DNA of 64,000 nucleotides from Firmicutes bacterium UBA6113 (GTDB lineage Bacteria; Bacillota; Clostridia; Tissierellales; Sedimentibacteraceae): NCBI GenBank assembly GCA_002422545.1, contig DIWF01000024.1, positions 36,072 to 100,071 of the forward strand, read 5' to 3'. Shown piece by piece: positions 57,013 to 64,000 of this stretch (position 1 is its first letter; each line of letters starts with the position of its first letter). The notes under the pieces were generated by a model. It saw only the letters and a program-made list of their open reading frames with translations, ran no database searches and was not told where the DNA came from. The position numbers and the translations under genes were made by a program.

Positions 57013-58545
57013 TTACATCAGAGGTGAAAGAATTTTAAGAACAGTTCTTCCAATCCTTCTGATTTTTGATATCTTTTTGAGTTCTTCACTTGATACTTTC
57101 TTGCTCAGGTCATAAGCATTCAATGTGCTTTGTTTCACTTGTTTTACACACCTTGTGCCGTACATCCACACACCGCATTCAAAATGAAGGTAAAGGCTTC
57201 TGTAGTCGAGATTAATTGTTCCGACCACCGCATATTCATCATCAACCACAAATGTCTTTCCGTGGTTGAAGCCCGGAGTGTATTCATAGATTGAAACTCC
57301 GGCTTCTATGAGTTCTTCGTAATTGGACTGAGTGACTGCAAAAGCATACCACTTGTCCGGTATGTGAGGAGTAAGAATTCTTACGTCAACTCCCCTTTTG
57401 GCCGCCATTGAAAGAGCCACCATCATTTTATTATCTGCTATAAGATACGGAGTTTCTATATATACATATTTTTTTGCCTGGTTGATTAAATTCATGTACA
57501 CTGCTTCGCTTACATTTTCATCATCAAGGGGGCTGTCGTCAAAAGGCTGCACGAAACCCTGGCACTGTGAGTCTTTAGGAAGAATTTCCGGTTTAAACCT
57601 ACTGAAGTCTTCAGTTGTTTTTGCAAGGAAATTCCACATGGACAAAAACATGGCTGTAAGGCTCATAACGCCCTCGCCTTTTAGCTTGATGGCACAATCT
57701 CTCCAATGTCCGTATTTCTCCCGTTCATTGATATATTCATCTGCCAGATTTGCTCCTCCCGTAAAGGCTGCCTTTCCGTCTATGACAGCAATCTTTCTGT
57801 GGTCCCGGTTGTTGAGGCTGAATGTGAGAACTGGAAGGAACGGATTGAACACACAGCATTTGATCTTCATTGATTGAAGTTTTTTGTTATAATCCGAAGG
57901 CAGCGTGAACACGCAACCCACATCATCGTAAATAACTCTGACATCAACACCTTTTTTTGCTTTTTCAGCCAGTATATCTAAAATTGAATTCCACATAATT
58001 CCTTCTTCTATTATGAAGAATTCAAGAAATATGTATTTTTCAGCTTTCTTTAATTCTTCAAGAAGATGTTCGTAAAACAATTCCCCCGATGGGTAGAATT
58101 CCGTTTCAGTATCATTGTAAACAGGGCACAGTGAGTAATTTTCGATATACTTTGCCTGATTGTAAGCGCTTATACTTTCTTTTTTCAGAAGTTCAAGAGT
58201 TTCAGAATCCTGTCTCAGCGAACTTCTCAGCTGATTTGTTATACCCTGCATGTTGTTTTTCTTGCGCAAAGACAAACCTCGCCCTCCAACCATGAGATAA
58301 AATATTCCTCCGAATATGGGAAAAAGCATTATCGGTATTATCCAAGCAATTTTATAAGCCGGGTCACTTCTTCTGTTAAGAATATATATAACAACAAGCA
58401 CACTGACTATCATAAAAACAGCATCGAATATAACGAAGTAACTGCTGAACTTCCATATAATTAATGCAAATGTGAGCAATTGGAACAATATTGCCAATGT
58501 TACCAACGTAACCCTATTAAACAACAATCTTATTACTCTGTTCAT
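57013..58545 (-). CDS. cls: Cardiolipin synthase
   Basis: N-terminal TM segments and two PLD motifs: HRKIAVIDG and HGKTFVVDD...GTINLDYRS. Confidence 0.92.
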   Translation of the reverse strand: MNRVIRLLFNRVTLVTLAILFQLLTFALIIWKFSSYFVIFDAVFMIVSVLVVIYILNRRSDPAYKIAWIIPIMLFPIFGGIFYLMVGGRGLSLRKKNNMQGITNQLRSSLRQDSETLELLKKESISAYNQAKYIENYSLCPVYNDTETEFYPSGELFYEHLLEELKKAEKYIFLEFFIIEEGIMWNSILDILAEKAKKGVDVRVIYDDVGCVFTLPSDYNKKLQSMKIKCCVFNPFLPVLTFSLNNRDHRKIAVIDGKAAFTGGANLADEYINEREKYGHWRDCAIKLKGEGVMSLTAMFLSMWNFLAKTTEDFSRFKPEILPKDSQCQGFVQPFDDSPLDDENVSEAVYMNLINQAKKYVYIETPYLIADNKMMVALSMAAKRGVDVRILTPHIPDKWYAFAVTQSNYEELIEAGVSIYEYTPGFNHGKTFVVDDEYAVVGTINLDYRSLYLHFECGVWMYGTRCVKQVKQSTLNAYDLSKKVSSEELKKISKIRRIGRTVLKILSPLM

Positions 58546-58652
58546 AATGACACCCTTTTAAATGTATTTTTCCATTTTTTAGCAGACTAAACTCAGCAAA
58601 TTCAAGTAAATTGTATCAAAAATTAAATGTTTTGTAAATGGGGTTAGGGCAT

Positions 58653-58684
58653 AAAAAAAAGGACCACCGTTTTTGGTGATCCTT
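58653..58684 (-). terminator. Intrinsic terminator of the first cstA
   Basis: AAGGACCACC / GGTGATCCTT stem with an 8-A run giving a U-tract on the minus strand. Confidence 0.75.
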
Positions 58685-58696
58685 CGTTTTTTAAAT

Positions 58697-60184
58697 TTAA
58701 GAAATTACATCCTGTAAAATATGATCTTTTTCTTTTTCGCCATGTCTCTTAACAAACCATGCATATGCTATGCAGAATACTGCTGCAAGAATGAATGATG
58801 CTGTATAGCTTTTTGGATCCAGTCCAAGTCTTTCATCAAGTTTAAGACCGATAGGAGCATGGAAAATGAAGCTCAATGTTACGAAGAAGTAGAACATTCC
58901 AGGAATTAAAGCAACCAGGAAGTTTTTGCCGTTGATGTAGAGATATACGGCAATTGTTGCTAATGCAAATGTAGCTACAAACTGGTTAGTGAATGAGAAG
59001 TATCTCCACAAAATATTAAATCCAGTTGGTGATGATTTAGCATAGTAAAGAACAAATACTGCAGGAACGAACAAGCATGCTGTAGTTATTATTCTGTTTC
59101 TTGCTACTTTTTGATTAATGTTGAACTGTTCAGAAACCATAAGTCTCAATGATCTGAATGCTGTATCTCCTGAAGTTATCGGAAGTACTACAACTCCTAT
59201 AACTGCTATCATACCGCCTATTGGTCCCAAGAAACCTCTTGATACAAGACCTACCATCAATGTAGGAGCTGTAGCCAAATCTGTTCCTCTTCCGAATATA
59301 ACCATCGCACCTGCTGCCCAGCACATAGCTATGAATCCTTCAACAATCATCATGTTAAAGAATGTAGATTTACCTTCTTTTTCTGACTTAACTGTTCTTG
59401 AAATCAAAGTAGCCTGAGTTGCATGGAATCCTGACATTATACCGCATGCTACAGTGATGAAGAATGTTGGTATAAATGGAAGTCCTGTTGTATGCTGTGC
59501 AAATGGGTTAGAAGAGAATGATAAATTAGTAAGGTTAGCTCCGCCATCCATAAGAACTCCTGCGAAAATACCTACTGCTGAAAGAATCAGGAATCCACCG
59601 AATATTGGGTAAATTCTTCCGATTATTGCATCGATTGGGAACAATGTAGCAATCAGGTAGTATACAAATATACCTCCGTATACAATCCAAACTGTTGGGT
59701 TAGCAACTGCTGCTTCTTGTCCTAAAATTTGAGTTACAATTAAGTCTCCAGGTGTATAAACGAATACAACACCTACCAGGAACATCAATATCCATAAGAA
59801 GAAGTTGTAAGCTTTTATAACATTGTTTCCTAAATACTTTTTGATAAGTTTAGGCATCTGAGCTCCACCGTTACGCATAGAGATCATACCTGAGAAGTAG
59901 TCATGCATAGATCCTGCAAGCACACAACCAACTGGGATTGTGATAAATGCTATAGGTCCGAATAGAATTCCTTGAATTGCCCCGAATATCGGGCCTGTAC
60001 CTGCGATGTTAAGCAATTCAATTAGTGCATTTTTCCATTTTTTCATTACGACGAAGTCTACTCCATCTGCTTTTGCTATTGCTGGTGTTTCTCTGTCATC
60101 AGGTCCAAAAACATTTTCACAGTACTTACCGTAAACGTAACCGCCAACAATTAAAATAATAATTCCGATTAAAAACGTTGCCAT
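58697..60184 (-). CDS. cstA: Carbon starvation protein A family transporter (short type)
   Basis: DGVDFV, LLNIAGTGPIFG, ACGIMSGFHATQ, ITSGDTAFRS and WRYFSFTNQ. Confidence 0.9.
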   Translation of the reverse strand: MATFLIGIIILIVGGYVYGKYCENVFGPDDRETPAIAKADGVDFVVMKKWKNALIELLNIAGTGPIFGAIQGILFGPIAFITIPVGCVLAGSMHDYFSGMISMRNGGAQMPKLIKKYLGNNVIKAYNFFLWILMFLVGVVFVYTPGDLIVTQILGQEAAVANPTVWIVYGGIFVYYLIATLFPIDAIIGRIYPIFGGFLILSAVGIFAGVLMDGGANLTNLSFSSNPFAQHTTGLPFIPTFFITVACGIMSGFHATQATLISRTVKSEKEGKSTFFNMMIVEGFIAMCWAAGAMVIFGRGTDLATAPTLMVGLVSRGFLGPIGGMIAVIGVVVLPITSGDTAFRSLRLMVSEQFNINQKVARNRIITTACLFVPAVFVLYYAKSSPTGFNILWRYFSFTNQFVATFALATIAVYLYINGKNFLVALIPGMFYFFVTLSFIFHAPIGLKLDERLGLDPKSYTASFILAAVFCIAYAWFVKRHGEKEKDHILQDVIS

Positions 60185-60608
60185 ATTAATTGTCCTCCCT
60201 AATAATAAAATATTTTTATGTTTTCTGGAAGAATACTTCCCGTAAAGCTAAAAGAATAATAAACCTTTTCATTTTTAGCATTTCATGGTAACGTTCATAA
60301 AATAAACTAAAATTCAACAATTGCGCATGAAACGTTTATTTCTTTAAAGCTTTAACTTTTCAAACATATTGAATTGTAACATCATTGATAAATATAGTCA
60401 ATGATTTTTTAAGTATTCAATTCTTTGAAAAATAATTCTAAAAGTAATGATTAAGGCAGTATGTTTTGCTATTCCGTTACCTTTTTCGACAAGTTTCATG
60501 CATTATGGAAATTATTAATGCAAACGCTATATAATATTAATTTTTTTTCTTATTTAATATTATTAACTTTTTTTATATTACAGTTGCTGTAACTCCAAGG
60601 ATGGCAAC

Positions 60609-60638
60609 AAAAAAATCCTGCGCTTTGCGCAGGATTTT
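60609..60638 (-). terminator. Intrinsic terminator of the second cstA
   Basis: Perfect AAAATCCTGCGC-TTT-GCGCAGGATTTT with an A run. Confidence 0.85.
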
Positions 60639-60646
60639 CAATGGGG

Positions 60647-62266
60647 TTAACTTGACTTAGTAACCTTTTCAATTCCATCTTTTTTGAAGATAATACTGTA
60701 ACCTTCCTTAGCCAGAATAACTGCAAGAACGAAAAGCAAAACAGGGAATATTACCAGCAGGTAATTTCCTGCAATGAAATTGGATCTGATCAGCAACAAC
60801 AATGCACTCAATGTGACGATAAGCATGAAAACCATTGGTATTACTAGCATGTGATAGTTCTTTCCAGTATTTTTCAGCCATACTGCTATAGCCAACAACG
60901 CTAGTGCTGCAAGCAATTGGTTTGCCGAACCGAATATTGGCCATATCTTGGCGTATCCGCCAACAGCAAGATAACCGCCGATAATTACGGTTATAGCTGT
61001 GGAAACATACATGTTTGTAAAAACTGACTGTTTTTCTTTTTCAGGATTTTCGAAAAATTCCTGGAATATGAAACGGTTAAGTCTGGTTGCGGTATCAAGG
61101 CTTGTTAAAGCAAATGCCGATACGGCCAGTGCAACAAATGATTTACCAATAGCAAATGGAATACCAAATTTAGACATGAACGTTCCAACACCGTTGGAGA
61201 ATACATTAACAGGGCCGCCTTTCAGAAGCTCTGTCAAATCGCCCTGTGATACATAAGCTGCCGTTACTAAAGCTACTGTAGCCAATACACCTTCAATCAG
61301 CATTGCACCGTAACCGATAGTCTTTGCATCTTTTTCATTGGCAATTTGTTTTGATGTTGTACCGGAACCTACTAATGAGTGGAACCCTGAAATAGCGCCG
61401 CATGCAACTATTACAAACAACATTGGGAACAAGAACTGTCCGTTTACAGTGAATCCTGTAAATGCCTTGAGTTGAATACCTGGTCTGTAAATTATTATTC
61501 CTAATACTGCGCCTGCAATCATGGCATACAACAAGAATGAATTCAAATAATCCCTAGGCTGCAGCAAAATCCATACAGGAGCTGTAGAAGCCACAAATAT
61601 GTACACCATCAATATTATTATCCATGTATTCACGCTTAAAGCAAGCGGGAACACATATCCCAGCCACACGCATGTGAACAGGAGGATTACGCCGATTATT
61701 GTTCCTACCTTCAATGATAATCCTTTTCTGTACACTGCCCATCCAAATACCACAGCCAATGCAATGAACATCAACGAAGATGAAGCAGCCGCTGGAACTG
61801 CAGCAAATGTGCTGGCAACTATATTTGTGAATGCAGCAACAACTAGTAATAGTGTTAGCCATGCAAACACTGAGAACAACATCATACCTTTTTTGCCCAT
61901 GTTGGCATTAATAACTTCACCGATAGATTTACCCTTGTGGCGCACTGATGCGAACAATGCTCCAAAGTCATGAACTCCTCCGACAAATATACTACCAATA
62001 ATTATCCAAAGAAGAACTGGAACCCATCCAAATATGGCTGCCTGAACAGGTCCATTGATTGGTCCTGCTCCTGCTATAGAAGCAAAGTGGTGACCCAAGA
62101 GTACTGCCGGTTTTGTTGGAACATAGTCTATTCCATCATTAATTTCTTCTGAAGGTGTTTTTCTGGAAGGATCGATGCCCCATTGCTTTGCAAGCCAAGC
62201 ACCATAAGTAACATAAGCAACAATAAAACAAATAATACTTAAAAGAACTAACCATAATGCATTCAT
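60647..62266 (-). CDS. cstA: Carbon starvation protein A family transporter
   Basis: DGIDYVPT, GHHFASIAGAGPING, ACGAISGFHSL, TSLDTATRL and WPIFGSANQLL. An AGGAGG RBS favours the ATG at 62266. Confidence 0.93.
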   Translation of the reverse strand: MNALWLVLLSIICFIVAYVTYGAWLAKQWGIDPSRKTPSEEINDGIDYVPTKPAVLLGHHFASIAGAGPINGPVQAAIFGWVPVLLWIIIGSIFVGGVHDFGALFASVRHKGKSIGEVINANMGKKGMMLFSVFAWLTLLLVVAAFTNIVASTFAAVPAAASSSLMFIALAVVFGWAVYRKGLSLKVGTIIGVILLFTCVWLGYVFPLALSVNTWIIILMVYIFVASTAPVWILLQPRDYLNSFLLYAMIAGAVLGIIIYRPGIQLKAFTGFTVNGQFLFPMLFVIVACGAISGFHSLVGSGTTSKQIANEKDAKTIGYGAMLIEGVLATVALVTAAYVSQGDLTELLKGGPVNVFSNGVGTFMSKFGIPFAIGKSFVALAVSAFALTSLDTATRLNRFIFQEFFENPEKEKQSVFTNMYVSTAITVIIGGYLAVGGYAKIWPIFGSANQLLAALALLAIAVWLKNTGKNYHMLVIPMVFMLIVTLSALLLLIRSNFIAGNYLLVIFPVLLFVLAVILAKEGYSIIFKKDGIEKVTKSS

Positions 62267-62323
62267 AAAAAAACCTCCTTTAAAATAAAATAGAAACGAT
62301 TGCAGAACGTTTAACATTTGGAA

Positions 62324-62827
62324 CTAAAAGCTATAAACCTTACTAACCTCCTTTCCCTTTTTATTTGTTGATATTAAACCTTCATCAAGTAAGACCAACA
62401 TTAGTCGTATGTCAGCCCAGCCCTTGAATCCAAGTGCAAAACTTTTTCCAAATTTAAACTTTCTTACAGCTTCTATAAAAAATTCTAAATCATCATCAGG
62501 AATATCATCAGCAACTATTACTCCTGTTATGATGCTGGACATGTGTTCGTTGGAGGGTTTGACAATTGATTCCACAGATTGAATCATTGATTCCGTTAAG
62601 TTTTTATAGTCAGACTTATTTAGTTTTTCGAAGTGTTTAATCAAACAATATTCGTTGTTTTCAAAGGCATATATGACAGCATTTTTTACTGCAACATATT
62701 TTTCGTTTCTCAAGTGAAATTCAGCATACAAATCATACTGTACATCATTAATGACGTAATTTTTTGAAATATCAAAACTGCTTCTCAGTTTATTTTCTAC
62801 CAATTCAATATATTGAGTAAAATCCAT
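62324..62827 (-). CDS. Conserved hypothetical protein, probably co-transcribed with cstA
   Basis: 167-aa ORF with an AAGGGG RBS. Its 3' end contains the AGGAGGTT site and it ends 57 nt before cstA. No motif recognised with confidence. Confidence 0.7.
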   Translation of the reverse strand: MDFTQYIELVENKLRSSFDISKNYVINDVQYDLYAEFHLRNEKYVAVKNAVIYAFENNEYCLIKHFEKLNKSDYKNLTESMIQSVESIVKPSNEHMSSIITGVIVADDIPDDDLEFFIEAVRKFKFGKSFALGFKGWADIRLMLVLLDEGLISTNKKGKEVSKVYSF

Positions 62828-63358
62828 TTTAGCCCCTTATTTAAATTGAGTAATATTATCGCATACCGTATGCATTAATATCCTTACAACTGCATTTTAT
62901 CACCGATGAATAAATTAGTCAAATAAAATTTAAACGTTTTTTAACAACTCGTCTTTTAAATAAATACAATTTAATAAACAAGTTCTCGACATCTTCTGAT
63001 TTTTCAGCATGGTAATTGTTTTCCTTGAAACATTTGAGTTTTCGATTCGTCTTTAAATCGCGGACTTTCTAAATTTTTACAAGTACTATTTTTCGACAAA
63101 TTCAGCATTAAAATACAATTGTGATACGACAGTTTCCCTTCACTTTGAGTTGAATAATTATGCGATAAATATTTGGTGTTTTGTGTAAAAACCAAAAAAT
63201 TATATTGAATTTCCAATTGTTTTCGTGTTATTTTTCCTTTGTTGCAGTCTTGTCATCAATTTGAGCCACTGAAAATCATTGACTTTTTTATACAATTAAA
63301 ATACAATAAATTAAGAAAAGAAACAAATGTCAGGAAATCGTTATCGGAGGGTAATTTG

Positions 63359-63652
63359 TTGGATAAGGAAAAATTAAAGGACATTTTAGAAAATTTAAGA
63401 TTATTCTTCGGAGCCGCAACAGACTTCAACAGAAAATCCAGATCAATGCTTTTTAAGGAAGCCCACAATGAAATGGATGAATTCATCCTTTTGTGCTTTG
63501 GGGATATTTTGGGAATTCCAATACCCACAACCTATTATTCTCTGGAACTCCTCCCTCTTATTGCCGACGACCTTGAAGGCTGGCAGCAGAGGATGATAAA
63601 CAGGCTGTATGTGTGGGAAGAAAAGTGGTCAGACTACGGTTTTGACGCATAG
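63359..63652 (+). CDS. Cory-CC-star-like small protein (CstA/ArsA-associated), lacking the terminal CC
   Basis: [28 protein letters not shown]...WQQRM motif. A GGAGG RBS precedes TTG (63356/63359); immediately upstream of the ArsA-type ATPase. Confidence 0.7.
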   Translation: MDKEKLKDILENLRLFFGAATDFNRKSRSMLFKEAHNEMDEFILLCFGDILGIPIPTTYYSLELLPLIADDLEGWQQRMINRLYVWEEKWSDYGFDA

Positions 63653-63660
63653 GAGGGATT

Positions 63661-64000
63661 ATGAACAAAATAATATTTTTCGGAGGAAAAGGCGGTGTCG
63701 GCAAAACAACCTGCAGCGCTTCCTATGCGGTTTATTCGGCAGACATGGGACTTAAGACACTGCTGGTGTCAACAGACCCGGCTCACTCCACTTCAGACAT
63801 TTTTGAAAAAAACATTACAGATACAATTACAAACATTATGCCTAATCTTGACGCAATAGAAATAAGCGGCGAAAAAGAAAGCAAACTTTACATGGACAGT
63901 GTGAGAAAAAGCCTTAAGAATGTTGTAAGCCCTGTAATTGTAAAGGAAATCAACAAACAGATAGATGCTGCCTCTGTTTCTCCGGGAACAGAAGAAGCTG
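63661..64000 (+). CDS. ArsA/Get3 (TRC40) family ATPase, 3' end outside window
   Basis: Missing from the ORF track; manual translation [21 protein letters not shown]...[13 protein letters not shown] shows the deviant Walker A and STDPAH switch I. AGGAGG RBS. Confidence 0.92.
   Translation, partial: MNKIIFFGGKGGVGKTTCSASYAVYSADMGLKTLLVSTDPAHSTSDIFEKNITDTITNIMPNLDAIEISGEKESKLYMDSVRKSLKNVVSPVIVKEINKQIDAASVSPGTEEA

Noticed and set aside
2696..63528. Many 60-160 aa ORFs in the track antisense to or overlapping longer genes (e.g. 24578-25036, 12166-12591, 57398-57877)
   Set aside because: They are shadow ORFs of well-supported genes, with no recognisable motifs or RBS.

Overview
Chromosomal window from a low-GC, probably spore-forming Firmicute (Clostridia/Tissierellia-like; the taxon is inferred from gene content only). 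Positions 1-9.3 kb hold a minus-strand cell-surface locus. In transcription order it encodes an SLH-anchored protein, a secreted non-SLH protein sharing an Ig-like domain with it, an O-antigen-ligase-type oligosaccharyltransferase, a PglF/CapD-type dehydratase, a degenerate type IV pilin stub, a PIG-L deacetylase and a formyltransferase. The two surface-protein genes are each preceded by a c-di-GMP-I (GEMM-I) riboswitch with A rather than G at ligand-contact position 20. A Cys-rich tandem-repeat protein and a membrane EAL phosphodiesterase follow. The rest is mostly housekeeping and metabolism (hom, TAXI-TRAP transporter, murA, a two-component pair, hisS, dsdA, pepT, sbcDC, dnaE-pfkA-pyk, cls, two cstA), but it carries four notable items. 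(1) An intact-looking REP-associated tyrosine transposase (RAYT) with about 30 GTAG-footed REP hairpins in 11 intergenic clusters, arranged as alternating A/B types with conserved linkers (BIME-like). (2) An orphan N6-adenine methyltransferase that closely resembles Clostridioides difficile CamA. (3) A CsxA/CdeC-like Cys-rich spore-surface protein. (4) A cory-CC-star-like small protein plus an ArsA/Get3 ATPase next to cstA. A structured, terminator-containing leader of unknown class precedes a YibE/F gene. No CRISPR array, tRNA or rRNA was seen. All family assignments come from motif reading and recall, not database searches.
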